From the NCBI GenBank assembly GCA_964016885.1, contig OZ024741.1, forward strand, positions 182,962,001 to 183,026,000: a DNA stretch of 64,000 nucleotides. Reading direction: 5' to 3'. This stretch comes from Eledone cirrhosa (taxonomy: Eukaryota). This document shows positions 38,711 through 53,480 of the stretch, piece after piece. How positions within the stretch are numbered: position 1 is the stretch's first letter; every line of letters begins with the position of its first letter. A model generated the notes under the pieces. That model made no database searches, had not been told where the DNA came from, and saw only the letters and a program-made list of their open reading frames with translations. The position numbers were made by a program, and so were the translations under genes.

Positions 38711-41700
38711 TCTAGGCGGGAACATATCCTTCCGGGGAGAAGAGGTGGATAAAATAAAGTACCAAATCAGTCAGTCCTAAAGAAGGGTTTGATTTTAATC
38801 GATCATACTACCCTCCCCCTCGCCAAAGAAAAACATCAGGTTCTATGCCGATACCAGAAATCGATGTAATTATAATAATAATAAAATAAAATGTAAAAGC
38901 CAAAGAAGAAATAACACATGAACATATCAACTGGAGATAAACATATATGATAGATATTCCTATGAGAGGAGGCATATCCAATAGAAGCTGGGGCATATAT
39001 CGTTTGAATTAATGTATGGATAAAGCCTACACCATGTATTGTGTACTATCTTGATTCGTTTGCAAAGTGTAACATTTGTATAGCTAAAGATAGATTTATA
39101 AATATATGCCTGCGGGGCATAAATAAAATGTCCGCCAGAAGCGGTCGGTCGTCCATCGTGTTGGGTGGAGAGACAAGTTTTTATACAAGGGCTCCAAATC
39201 GTAAAATCCACAATTCAATAACGAAGGCGCATCTACGACGTCGCTTAACCTGCTTACAATTAGTTAAATTTACCTCAAATCGCATCCTAATATCCTCCTT
39301 TTTTTTTCAAAATAAAAGAACTTATTGGGTAATATAATGAGATACATGTCTGGGAAATAAAGACAGGATGGTCACAATTAGAATGTCTTAAATCATAAGC
39401 CTACTGGATCACAGCTGTCCTGTGGTTAAACATAAACAAGGATATCATCAACATCATTAGTCAAACAAGTCGGAGGTGGGGGCTACGTGATCACTTGAGA
39501 TGTTAGAAATAGCAACCAAATCTTCTCATACACTAGTCTTGAAAAAAAAAAAGAATGTATCCTAGATATGTCTGGAAAAACAATGAAAAAGATAGTGGTC
39601 GTCACGGCTGGAATATCTTTGATCAAAGATCGTCTGCTTCATCAATGTTGATTTGAAGGAGGGGGACCTAAACAAAACACTAACTAACAAAATGGACAAG
39701 CACAGATATTTTGTTTGAGAAACGAGTGAAAGTTTTTTAATTACAGATTTTCATCAATTTAGATAAAAACCTTTAAAACAGCAAGATCACAAAAATCATG
39801 GCGGTGCCCCAGCATGACCACAGCCGAGTGGTTAAAACCAGTAAAAAGAGTATAAATAATTATAGAACTATTTTTTATAATTCTTTTTTTTCAATCCTAT
39901 TTCTAAATATCCAAATCATTTCATGCAGCAAAAACAATCAAATCAATTGTTTTATTAACCATAATTAACGATAGCTGAACTAAAATTATGTATATACATT
40001 TATATGATTCTCTCAAATTTAAAACAAAGCTGAAATACGTTATATTTATATTATAATTGCGACTAATTTATTTGGTCGTTTGTGGCCTAGAGGTTTTTTT
40101 AAGCCAAATTTAAGGTTTACCGGTATAAGATCTTCTTACCTTTTAAAAGTAGGTCCCGTTCCCGTGGTAAAATAGGAAAATATATATATATTTATATAAA
40201 TATAAATATATATATATTTATTAGCTGATGTGTTGCTTTTTTTGAGTTATTGTGTATGATTTAATACACGAAAGATGCTTAATTATTGCTTCTGTGATTT
40301 TTACAACAACAAAAATTCTTTTTTCAAATATTTCTTCTTATCTTTTTAATGTTTTTTTAAATTTTTTTCTCCTTTCTTTGCTTTTTTTTCAAAAAATAAA
40401 AAGATTCTCGCTCGGCAAGCCGGCAACGTAAAACTCAACACATGCTGGCCATGTTGTAAGGCGCTGTTGAAGAAGATCTTACACTATTCACTGCGGAATT
40501 ACGATCTTCTCGTTAATAATTAATTAATAAATTAATTAACAAAAAAAAATGTTTTTTAAAACTCTAATGGATGTCTATCCCCAAAATAAATATTTAAAAA
40601 TATTAAACATTTTTATTAGCACATGCTTTCTTTTTTTTTAATTACAAAATATAGTCATATATTTTTTTGTCGTCGATCATTCATTTTCTGAAGTAATACA
40701 CATATTCTACAAAAATAATATTAAAATACTCAATATATTTATCTAAACACTTCTTTTTCTTTTACTTGACAAATTTCAATTGTATATATTTTTGCCATCG
40801 ATCTTTCATTTTTCGCAACTATTTCTATAGTAACTCATTGGTTCCCACCAAAATAATATAAAATTCAAATATTTTCTACGCAGACACACTTTTATGTTTT
40901 ACTCAACAAAATGCAATCATATAGTTTACCGTTAATCTTTCTTATATTTTGCTTTTTTTTTTTAACTATTTCAATATTTCTGTAATAACATAAAAGAATT
41001 TAAGGTTGTTTGTTATTATTTTTAGCCAATCATCTTACAATTTTACATCAAATGCTGAATTACAATATTTTTTCTTTTATTTATTTATTTTGATTTTTAA
41101 AAAAAGTGTGTATGTGTGATGCTGTTTCATTCAATGTGTTTTACTCAATCTGTTATCGTTCATAATTTCTTGACATCACAGGTTGTTGGAGCAGCCAAAA
41201 CATTATCACGTGACTCTTGTACCTCCGATTTAAACCATTCCGTCTTACAAATTTGTGATTTGCGTAAAACAAGCGCATGTCTTATTTGTAACATAGGCAC
41301 AAAGGCCAGACATTTGGAGGATGAATGATCGATTAAATCTATCCGGAAACGATGAAAAACAAAGTCGACCGCAGTGGGATTCGAACTCTGTGTGTAAAGG
41401 GACATAACTAAGCACTACAAGAAATTATCCGATGCTCTATACTGATTCTGCTAAACAACACCCCTTATAATAATTATTTCTGATATTAGCCCAATGTTTC
41501 AGATTTTCGTGAGGAGGAAGTCAGTCGATTATGTCGACCTCGGTATTTGACTAGTATTGTAGGTTCTCGATACCGTTAGGACGAAAGACAAACATCGTTT
41601 GATTTGTCACAAGGACGACGGATAAAGGGACATTACACGGACAAATTACAAAAATTGTTGTGGGGTTTATACAGAATATATTATGAAAAAACCAGCATGG

Positions 41701-42967
41701 TAATTAAATAATAAGAATACGCGACAGAAAGTGAGGACTGTTACGAACGGTATGGAAGAAAGGACGAGAATGCTTCTCATCATAGACGAGTTAGTCTGAA
41801 AAGAAAAATAATTAAACCGGTCACATCAATACTACGTAACAGCAATAATATAATAATGATGATGGTGATATTTATAATGTAAGCTCAGAAATGTTTAGAA
41901 ATAGAATACAGTCTGTATTATTTGACTAGTACCATTATTTTAGTAAAGTCCAGTTTGACGTGAACTCGTAATGTAAAGGGACGTAACTAAATAATACATT
42001 TTAACCGATGCTTTAACAGTTTTACTACACACCATTCATATAATTATTTCTACTTCATATAATATTAGTAATTTGGTTCCTAACAAACAACTTTGGTAGA
42101 GCGGGTAGGGTTGATTAACTATGTTGATAACTAAACTGCTTTTAATGTTATATTAAAATAAAAACCGTCCATTATAATTTTATGTGAGACCCTTTGTTAA
42201 GTTTTTTTCGAAACATCAGCTTAATGAGAAAATATTACTAAATCTTCCCAGTTCTTGATTATTTTCAATATTATTTGAAAATCATAAAATATATGTATGT
42301 ATTACAAATATTGTGTGAAGAGTGGGTGCGTGCGTGTGTGATCTCAATTTCTTAAGTCAAATTAATGAAATGCCAGTTGATTAGAGCTTACATTGTATGC
42401 GTATGTCGGGGGTTCGATTTTAATACTGGCCAGCTTTAATTTTTTTTTTTTTTTTCTAATTCGTTTATTATTTAGTTGCACACATTTTGTTTTATATTAT
42501 GAAATCATAGAATGCAGAATAATGAGTGTATATATAAAAGCAAAGACGTGCATTTTAACCAAATGTCATGCTTCAGTGTATGTATGTATGAATATATATA
42601 AAAAATAGAAATATATCACAAATTCGCCGGAGAGTATAGAAAGATATATATTATATGCGTGTGTGTGTGTGCTTGCGTATTGATTGAAGTAACCAAGCTA
42701 AAACATCGACGTCACTGCAAATCTATTTTGAAAATAAATTTCTACATTCTACCCACCAGTACTGAGTGCTCATTCAGTTAATATTTGAATGTTTTAGATA
42801 TTATGGTATTTTAAACGCGTTGTATTATATATATAGAGAGAGAGAGAGAGGGAGATCATTTCGACCACACACACTGACCTTTTGGCCTCATAGTGTACCC
42901 AACGAATTTGACTTCCTTTTGTTTTAGGATTCGTGTCGCTAAATTGTCTAGACTCTAGACTCTAGAG

Positions 42968-45156
42968 CAGGGCTTCCCAACCTTTTTTCACTATGGACCC
43001 TCAAGCAGAAATCCTTTTTCGCTATGGACCCCCCAAGAGCATTAAAAACTTAGGACATTAATTCAACAAACAAAATTTATTCGTAATGATCAGAGTCCTA
43101 CGGGCACACGTTTTTAGTGAGAGCCTTGTGGCTGTTTATTACTCACGAGAGCAGAAATCTGTGGTTGTAGGTCACTCAGACGGAGCCTCATTTCTGGATT
43201 ATCGTTCAAGTGCAACCTCCTTCGTTGCTTTGTGAATGAAAGAAGTAAAAGCAAAAAGCCCTTCTCCGCCAAATTGGACGTTGGTAGATTAATTATAAAT
43301 GGTTCCACCTTTTCATACAAGGTTTGATATTTGATCGAGCTTTGTAACCACGCTTTGACCCAATTTTTCTCAGAGGCCTGAATCAAGCGCTCGTCAGCAA
43401 TGGCTTCGCACAGCTCAATCTGGACGCATTCAGGTTGATTCATAATATCCTCCATTGTCATGGTATGAAGTAAATCGACAAAAGGTGGCATGCTCAACTG
43501 TAGAAGATCCTCAAAACGAGTTTTAAAGTTATCATGCAAGAAAAACAAATGATCCACAATAATTGTTTGTAACTCACAATCAATTTCCTTGCCATCCAAA
43601 CTAGAAAAATGACTAAGTCATGCGTCATGGCTTTCATTTTACAAATCACCAATTTGTTCATGAATGCCTTTATAACTTGTTTAGCACGTACGATGTTCAT
43701 ATCCTGGTTTTGCATGGATAAATTCAGTTCATTGAGTTTCCGAAATATCTCTTCCAAGTACAATATAACAATCTTGTTATCAATAAGTGAATTCCTCAGA
43801 ACGGTGTCTCTGTTCTGCAAAAATTCCAAAACTTTGTCAAGCAGTACGACAAATCTCGTGAGACAGTTACCCATTGAAAGCCAACGTACGTCTGTGGAAT
43901 AAACCAGCCGATGAAAATTTTCGTCACGACAAGCATCCTGAAAAAGCCTGTCTTGAAGGGCTCGTGTTCTTATTTTGTTGACGGATGAAACAACCGTTTG
44001 AAGAATGGCCATAAGATCATGGTTACCAATATTTTTTGCAACCAAATTGTCACGATGTAAAACAATGAATAGTAAACACGCTTCTGTCTTCAATTAATCT
44101 GCACACAAATACTTTTCCTTTGCCGATCATTGACGGCGCACCATCTGTGCAAATGGAGATCATGTTATCCATACTAATATCATTTGTCTTTAAAAAGCCG
44201 GTGACAGCGTTGCACGCTTGTTCTCCTGTAGTGTTGAGGAGAGTTTTCATAAAGAGCATCTCCTCACATATTTTGGAATCTTTGATGTAGCGGACAAAAG
44301 CAAGGAGCGCAGACTGATTTGCAAAGGTACAGTTAATGAAAATTTGGTGTGTCGTAGGTCTTGAATAAGGATGGTCTTGACATCATCTGCTAAATCAGTT
44401 ATTCGCGATGAAATGGTATTGTTGGGCAAAGGTATGCTGTTGAGAACAGACTCTGGATTAGAAATATTATCCACTTTATATGCTTCCATGATTGCAGGTT
44501 TGATGAGGTCCTCAGTAATTGTATGCGGTCAAAAGCGCAATATTGTACGACGCGGTGAGTCCAGAAGCGCTATTGCTCTCGATGAAGAATCCTTTCAATT
44601 TTGATGACGAAGAACGGGCACTGTCACTGAGGGCTTCGAAGTATTCTTTAGGTTTGTTGACCAATGAGGGATGACACTTGTTGAGGTGTAAAGAAAGTTT
44701 GGCGGGTTTTATTGATGCATTCGTCAGTTGTGTCAAACAAATAAGACACTGTGGTAGTAATGGATTGTTCTTGCTGCTAATAAATCCATATTGAATATAA
44801 GAGGGGTCATACTGCCTACATTTCTTCTTGCTTTTGCTCATATTTAATTGTTATGGGAAGAAACCGAAAATAGAAAAATGCAATTAAGAAGCTTTTTAAA
44901 ATTTACAATTTACAATTCAAATTCCAGAAATGAAAACGTTTCTCCTTGATGCTTGAAAACGTATGTACCGTACTTAAAACGATTTAATTGAAAAGGAAAG
45001 AAAATAATTGAAAATATTAAGAAAAGTGCAATAACTTTTACTAAATCAACTCATTTATTATACATTTAATTGTGTACATTCCATTATGTACATTTAATTC
45101 AGCATTTTTCTGTGGACCCTCTGTAATCGTGCCATGGACCCCTTTGGGAAGCCCTG
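42968..45156 (-). mobile_element. hAT superfamily, Buster/Charlie-type transposon, full length (2189 bp)
   Basis: 13-bp perfect TIRs CAGGGCTTCCCAA/TTGGGAAGCCCTG; 8-bp TSD CTCTAGAG (42960-67, 45157-64); subterminal ATGGACCC repeats at both ends. Confidence 0.96.
43114..44841 (-). pseudogene. frameshifted Buster-type transposase
   Basis: BED finger (RQY...YGF...PQCLIC...KPAKL..HL...H), ICTDGAPSMIG, TIHCF, VRWLS and PTSNLAEKGF motifs, spread over five ORFs. Confidence 0.93.
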
Positions 45157-45337
45157 CTCTAGAGGAATAGTTTTCTGGGAGATATCTGCTTATCTTCAAG
45201 AATAACTGACCCCTCATAAATCGTCTGTCCTCGGCTGTCCCCATCAGTTCGCTTCAGCTCACAAAAGAGATCACCACGATGGAGTTTGTCAACAGATCTC
45301 CCTACCTACTAGGTTTTGATCCTTTTAGGCCAGCAAG

Positions 45338-46730
45338 CTAAGATAGTTCATCCAGGATCTTGGTCAGCAGGATGTCGAGATATCTCTTGAAAACATCCAC
45401 ATGCACACCATGCAGGTCTCTCAGACTCTTTGGAGGCTCATTTAAAAATTGGGATCCCTTGAACCCCAGGCTATTACAGTATATGGTCCTTATTCTTGAT
45501 GCGACGCATGGGACCTTTGGGACTACAGTGGCGTCCTGTTCGTGGGCTGGTGCTAAGTTTGGAGCTAACCCTTCCAGGATCTTCCCTACATATATCACTG
45601 CGTATCTCTCCCGTCTTCGTTCCAGGGAATAAAGCTTTAGTTTTTGCAGCCTCTCCCAATTGAGTCAATCCTCTTGGTGTAGCTTCGTTGAATTGCTTCA
45701 AGTTCTGCAGTTAGTTTGACACTGTGGGACAACCATCACTTTGAACAATAGTCCAGTCGGCCGAGGACGAAAGTCCTTTAGAGGACCAACATGGTTTCTG
45801 CGTCTCATGTCCTGAAAGTCCTCAGAATCCAACCCGCTAGTCGTCTGCACATTGCTATCATTTTGGTGATGTGTGCATGAAACAATGCATCATTGCTCAT
45901 GTCAGTAACCAGGTCTCGTTTTGATTTTGACTCGGGGATTTCGATTCCTACTGGTCAAGTGTACCTTTGTTGGTTGATAGCAGATGGCTTGAAACTTACC
46001 TGCATTAAATTGCATATTGTTGTTTTCGGTCCATTCGTATACATCATCTAAATCTTGTTGTAAGAGAATATCATCAGCCGGTTTCTTGATTGCCAGTGCT
46101 ACTTTCGTGTCATCGGCATAGCTTGTGAGGGAGGCTATCCGTATTGCAGAGGGCATGTCTGAGAGAGCCACTATAAACAGTAGTGGCTCCCAGACGGTTA
46201 GCTGGGGCATGCCGTGTGTTATTAATGTTTCCTTCAAGAGGGCTCCGTTGGATGCAACAGTCTGGCTTCTGTCTTTTAAGAAGTCATGAAGCCATTCACC
46301 TAGTTTTCGAGCTATGCCAAAGCTACGTAGTTTGTGACATATCATTTCATGATCAACCTTGTCGAAGTCCTTCGCAAAGTCGAGATATATCACATCTACG
46401 TTTGAAAAGTCTAACAGCTGTTTAAATATCCAGTCATAATGCTGTAAGAGCTGCGTAAGACAATTTCTACCCGGGCGAAAACCATGCTGGGCGTTAGTTA
46501 GAAGACCGTTTCCTTCTGATGATTCGTTCCATGACTTTGCTGATATGTGAGGTCAGGGAGACAGGGCTGTAGTTTTTAGCATCTGCTCTGCTTCCTCCTT
46601 TATTGATAGGACATATTATGCCTTCTTTTAGTTTTTCCGGGTAGTTTACAATTTGCAAGGGATCTTTGGGAAGTTTTGCTAATGTTCGCTTGCATGTTTT
46701 GAAGTGGATTGCTGAGAAACCATCAGGGCC
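45338..46730 (-). mobile_element. CR1/Jockey-group LINE ORF2 fragment (RT), 5'-truncated
   Basis: GPDGF...PINKGGSRADAKNYSPVSLTSHISKVMERII, IYLDFAKDFDKVDH, GMPQ, YADDTK, LQQDLD..YEW...NNMQFN..K and a terminal FKRYLDILL; broken by stops and frameshifts. Confidence 0.92.
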
Positions 46731-46769
<39 letters not shown>

Positions 46770-47197
46770 TTTGAACGAATCACCTGCGCGGCTAAGCTAC
46801 ACACACACACACAGATGGAGAACCGCTTTGTGGGAAATGGTAATTTTATATCTTCTTCCCTTTTTGTGTTGACAAGATGATCGGCAGTGGGAACAAGAGT
46901 TATATATAGCTACCATTCTATATATCTATCTTCTGGCAATAAAAATAATATCTATTTATTTGATCTACCTATCTGTCTATCTATCCATCTATCTATGTGT
47001 TTATCTACCTCTCTATTTACCCAGCTACCTACCTACCCGTCTAATTATGTCTCACTGTCAGTCTAAAGTTATCTGTTTGTGTATATTTACCAATGTATCT
47101 ATTTAATTGGTTTAAAATTAAATACGGCGGTGGCCGGAGTGACAAGAAGGAGTTCGTCGAGGAAAATTGAGAATTCAAGCATCTTTACATAGAATTT

Positions 47198-47630
<433 letters not shown>

Positions 47631-47685
47631 AAATTGAAAAGTGGAGAATAACATGGTCAACAGTACAAAAAAAGGGGATTTATTT

Positions 47686-47797
47686 ACAGTCTAACAATTG
47701 TTTCTCTGATAAAGTTGTCTAAAAATTGCTGAACACTAGAAGCAGTGCCACTCAATTTCAAATACGATGCTAGCTCGATCAGATCTTCAGAAACTGT
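47686..47797 (-). ncRNA. putative type I hammerhead ribozyme
   Basis: Minus strand: ACAGTTT-CTGAAGA-TCTGAT-(67 nt)-ATCAGA-GAAA-C-AATT-G-TT-AGACTGT. Stem I 7 bp, stem II 6 bp, palindromic stem III loop, GUU site; AATAAA follows immediately. Confidence 0.8.
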
Positions 47798-47931
47798 TAC
47801 AAAAAATATATATAACTGGCAAACTGGATTACCTATAACGATATTTTATTATCCCTTATATACATATATATATATTATTGTGTAAAATGACAGGAGGCTG
47901 GACTGGTGATATTCCTTAAAGGTTTATTATA

Positions 47932-47991
47932 AACACTATGCACATTTCAATGACCGAATTCTGCAGGAATCAGGTGACATCATCAGGTGTT
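47932..47991 (-). ncRNA. putative type I hammerhead ribozyme
   Basis: Minus strand: AACAC-CTGATGA-(imperfect stem II)-GAAA-TGTGCA-TA-GTGTT, then AATAAA. Upstream minus-strand peptide STFQPLGL resembles the Penelope GIY-YIG C-terminus (T..P.GLN). Confidence 0.72.
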
Positions 47992-48112
47992 ACGAAATTT
48001 ATCTAATGAAGGAATATAATAATGGTAGACACAATCCAAGGGGCTGAAAAGTAGAGAGAAATGTTGAAGACCTGAAGGCGGCCAGAAACAGCAGTTGCCA
48101 GCCTTGGTGACC

Positions 48113-48192
<80 letters not shown>

Positions 48193-48508
48193 CCCTATTT
48201 TCAATTAAATTATGTGTTTATGTGTGTGTGCCTATGTTGGGAGTTAGTGCACACATGCTTCAGACATACGATGAGTTGAGTGTAAGCAAGTCGCTCTACG
48301 CAACTGAGGAAAACGTTTCTGTTGTTGGTTTTGTGATATATACAATACTGAGGTGATCGTTTGCTCGAACCATTTGTACATATACTCCCAAAGACATTGT
48401 TGCTACTTGTTTTGTTTTTTGTTTCATTTGAGGTTTCCGATATAAGTTTGAATGCGCTGATGTCGGATTTCTTTATATTGATATGCATATCTTTACATGA
48501 AACATATA

Positions 48509-49336
48509 TGTAGCGAAATCTGTCCGCGCCTTGAATTTTGGGTGATAGCTAAAGGTTAAATTCTAGGTCAACACCTTTTTGGTGTAGACAGGTTGATGCG
48601 TTGGCTATCCCCTCAAGGTGGGGAGACAGGAAGCGATAGCTATATAAAGCCTATATTTTCCCACTTTAAACACAGAGACATCGGACTAACTATGTAAAGA
48701 TTAACCGCTAACTTCAGACTAACTATGTAAAGATTAACCGCTAACTTCAGACCCCAAAGGTCTACAGAAAAGCCAGAGACATCGGAGCATTACGCTAGCA
48801 ACTAACTATCAACAGACCCCATGGGGTCTACAGATACACAGAGAGATTTGATCCCTACTACTACAGACCATGTACAAGCCACAGTGGTCTACAACCAATT
48901 ACAGACCATTCAGAGATATACAAACCATCTCTCTGTCTCTCTTACTAACTACGGTCTCACAACTACTACCACGGACTCAAAATTCCAACAACAACAACAA
49001 TTATCTGTCGCTCGCTGTTTTCACTCCAACAACAACAATTATCTGTCGCTCGCTGTTTTCACTCCAACAACAACAATTATCTGTCGCTCGCTGTTTTCAC
49101 ACCACCAACAACAACAACAGCCTCACATCAACAACAAAATAATATTGTCAATCTTTGCACATTATGATAACTTGTTTATTGTACCTTTAATTGATTCACG
49201 TGAAGTAAACTTTATATAACCTAATCATTTATTCTTTATATTCTCGTTATTACATTTATTCATTATTATTATTGTTATAATCATTTCTAATAACCACATA
49301 TAACCATCTAACTTTTCATGTTAACCCTTCGTTAAA
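48509..49336 (+). mobile_element. solo LTR (probably Gypsy-type)
   Basis: Starts TGTAGCG, ends CGTTAAA (decayed CGCTACA), TATA on both sides, TATATAAAG at about 48641; homologous to 59337-59758. Contains internal tandem duplications (about 34 bp x2, about 38 bp x3). Confidence 0.7.
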
Positions 49337-50274
49337 TATATACATTCGTTTTTTTCTTCAAATAATTAAGAAATCCCCGTGTGTGTTTCTTAATTTTAAC
49401 GAAAGTTAACTATACTACCGACATTTTACTCATCAATTTACTTAACCGGGATTTTACCCAGAATAATCCATGAACAAAAAAAAATTGACTCCGAACCGAT
49501 CCTGAATTAAAATAAAAGAAACAGAAAGAGACCGAAAGTTCTAATGGTGTAGGGATCAGAGAGATGAAAAAGACTACTCTAAAATAGAAATAGAAAAAAA
49601 AAAACGAAAATAGAACATTGCGATCTTGTGTTTTAAAACAGAACAGCTCATTTCTATTTTTTCTCTCTGTACACGTGTATGTGTGCATGCTTGTGTGTTA
49701 ATATGTGTATGAATTCATATGTACGCACTAAGTATAGATCTAAGTTTGCATATGTGTGTACATACTTATATAAATATAAATTCATATGTAAGCATAATGC
49801 TTGCGTATATATATTTATGCTGATATGTATATGAATTCATATAAAGACTAAGTGTTTTATGTGGACACATATGTGTACATAGATTAATATGTACAAAGTA
49901 CGTGTTTCTATATGGATGTGTGACTGTATAAATTCATATATGTGCATTGAGTGTTTGTGTGTGTTTAACTGTAACCATGTATGTCCTTGCGATCTTGTTT
50001 TTTTTTCTTTATGATGTATATGCGTGTAAATGTGTGTGCATTTAGAGTTCTATGAATTCATATAAGCATGTCCGTTTTTCTTAGTATGTGTGAGTTCATA
50101 TTTTAAATCTTTCGGAGCTCATATTTACATCATATTTTTACCTTGCAATAGCATTTATATTTGTTCACATTCTCTGTAACTTAACATTTTTTTTTGTTTG
50201 TTTATGGTTAATGATGTTTCCAGCAATAGAAACGATATTCCACACTTACAACGTCTCCTGCTGCTAAATGCAAA

Positions 50275-50430
50275 TGATCTTTGAAAGCGGCAGAAACAAA
50301 TGAGTAGGAATCCTTCTTTACTCATGGCCAATTTTACGCAGGATACTCAAGAATTGGAAGTCCCCCACCTCCATCTCTATTTAGAGCCCTATCGATAAAA
50401 TCATAACCATTTTGTATCATGAAGTGATGT
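50275..50430 (+). mobile_element. Helitron Pif1 helicase C-terminal remnant
   Basis: Translates SLKAAETNE*ESFFTHGQFYAGYSRIGSP ... ILYHEV (cf. FSHGQLYVA.SRV, N.VY.EV). Confidence 0.7.
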
Positions 50431-50787
50431 CATGACAATATTCAGATTTCCAGAGTATGATGATTACATATCTAGTGTCATAAAGCTGGGACTTATCGCA
50501 AATTCTCATGCCATTAATTATTGTTGCATGTATTATGCCTTGCAACATTTCCCCAGTATTTGGATGTGTGGGGTGCCAGAGAGAACTCTGGTTTCCAGAT
50601 TTTATAAGAATGATTTTATTTCCATTGGCGGTTTACCTCTCGAGACATCGGTTTCTATTAATTTTGAAAATTCTTATAGGAATTAAAATATTTCAAGAAA
50701 AGGAATAAAATATTGCGTTGAATAATAATTTCAAATTAATTGAAACTGTCTTCATTTTCAATTATGGGTCAGTAAAACAATAACATT

Positions 50788-50980
50788 GGGCGGTGAATTG
50801 GCAGTATCGGTAGAGAGTCGGACGCCATGCTTTGACGCATAGAGTTACGGCCCTTGTCATTCTGAGTTCAAATCCCGCCGAGGTTAACTTTGCCTTTCAT
50901 CCTTACAGGGTCGATAAAATAAAGTACCAGTAATGTACTGGATAATTGCTGGCCTTGTGCCAAAAATAGAAACAATTATT
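50788..50980 (+). mobile_element. SINE family A, full length
   Basis: GGGCGGTGAATTGGCAGTATCGG...AGAAACAATTATT. Confidence 0.93.
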
Positions 50981-51443
50981 AGAAAACGCACAGGAAATAT
51001 ATACAGAAAGGTCTTACGACCTGGACAAACACCACAATGGACAACGGAATTATGAAAAAGGTTTTATGACTATTATTAAAACACAATAGCAGATACAGAA
51101 AAGGTTGTGCATGAAAGTAACTCTGAAAAAAAAAGTTATTTAGGACTTTTTTTCTGAAAACAACAACGTTCTCCTGCTAGTGAGGTTGAAACAAAAGGGA
51201 TGGGACTGATCGAGAGAACAGGAAGAATGTATTGTGGGACGGTTATAACTGTATGTGTGTGTGTGTATAATCAATTAGAAGGCAGTATGTTATAACTATT
51301 ATGTAATCCTGTGATGTTTATTTCGATGCATCTGTAACTAGCTGAGCGGTGAAGAAACAACATTTAATCCCGCCAGCTGGTATATCGTTAGGATAATCGC
51401 ATCACTAACGATTGTATATATGTATATACATATAAATATATAT

Positions 51444-52035
51444 TGTTATATTATTTGGGGATGGTCATGTTGCCAATATTACACATATAATATAATTTTC
51501 AATTTATCTTTATTGTTCGTTATTCATGTGTTTATCAAAGTTCTTTCGTAACACATTCTGTGACTTCCTCAATGATTACCTGTTTTGTGCCTCCTCTTTT
51601 CCTGATCCTAAACTTCTACTCCATCTTGTCTTTGATCCCTTTGTGGTGCATTTTTTGTGTTTCGTGTCTGTGGATGCGTTTGCGCCTACGTCTGTGTATG
51701 TGTATGTGATTTTGTTTATAATGTCTATGTGTGTTTTATTTGTGTGTGTGTGTGTAGGTTTGTATCGTTTGCTGTTTGCGTCTTTTTTTGCTGTTGTTTG
51801 TCTCTTTATTCTGTCTTCAGTCATTAAGTTGTGGGTTGTTACTATTCCACTCGTGTTTTCTGTTCAGGCTAGGATTATCTTCTCTTATGTGAGTGGCCTC
51901 GGCAATTTGTCTGAGTGGTGTGTCAGTTCTATGTGTGGATAGAATCTTTAAATGGTGCATGTACCTCTTTCTATTGGCAATATTGACAACATGACCATCT
52001 TTAAATATAACACACGATTTCACATCAAGAATCTT
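51444..52035. mobile_element. inverted-repeat-bounded element, same family as 18026-18520
   Basis: GATGGTCATGTTGCCAATATT / AATATTGACAACATGACCATC inverted ends. Confidence 0.65.
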
Positions 52036-52159
52036 GCAGAACACCAAGATGGCTGACTGAATATGCACGTGTTTGTTTATTTATCTATACATATTTTTTT
52101 CTCCCGTTCTTTCCTCTCATCATTCTTTACTTTCTATTTATCTTCTATTTCTAATTCTA

Positions 52160-52195
52160 TCTTCTGATGAAGGACTAGTATCCGAAACATTAAGA
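52160..52195 (+). ncRNA. putative minimal hammerhead ribozyme
   Basis: TCTT-CTGATGA-A-GGA-CTAGTA-TCC-GAAAC-ATT-AAGA; stem III probably decayed from ACGT. A related degenerate copy lies on the minus strand at about 56812-56842. Confidence 0.65.
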
Positions 52196-52281
52196 CTCTC
52201 TTCCTGCTATTTCAAGCGTTAAACTAATATATTTCTTCTATGTACTGTGCCATTTGTTTTGATATTTTTGTTATTACTTTT

Positions 52282-52707
<426 letters not shown>

Positions 52708-53372
52708 GTAATAACAAAAATAACAAAATAGATAATTTATTTACTTTTGTATAGAACCCGGCGTGATTTATTTCCTTTGTTTTGGGGTCTCATGTCACCA
52801 AACTGTCTATAATAATATAATTTTCTGGGGGCCATCTGCTTATTGCCAACGACAACAGAATTCTCATAAATATTCTTCTCCCTGCTCTCTAGCGAATCAG
52901 TACTGTTCAGTCTGTTCCTTCCACCAACCAGAACAATGTAGTTGCCAACAGAAACTCACTCCGACCCGTTCGGTCGGCCCTTTCGGCCAGCGAGCCGCTA
53001 CAACCATATTCCAGTTCGATTCCAACAAATTTTAGTTTCATGGATCTTTTCAGACTACTACAGCATCCATGCAAAACCAATCACACAAACAACACGGCAA
53101 CGAATACAGCCACACAATTCATTTGTCATAAATCACAAATATTCACACAGCGCTTATATGTGAGAGAACAATTCACGGAATCATCTATCAATCCAATAAT
53201 TACTTCCACAATTCTGTCTGCCACACAACAATAAACAACTGATCGACAAAGAATCATCTTTTACACAAACTTTCACCTAGTCACCACACGAACCAATTCA
53301 CTAACACAAACTACATTTGGTGACATCAAACAACATCTTGACCGCCGCTATATATGTGTATGTATGTGTGTG

Positions 53373-53444
<72 letters not shown>

Positions 53445-53480
53445 TATATATATATATAGATATATAGATATTTTTATAAC

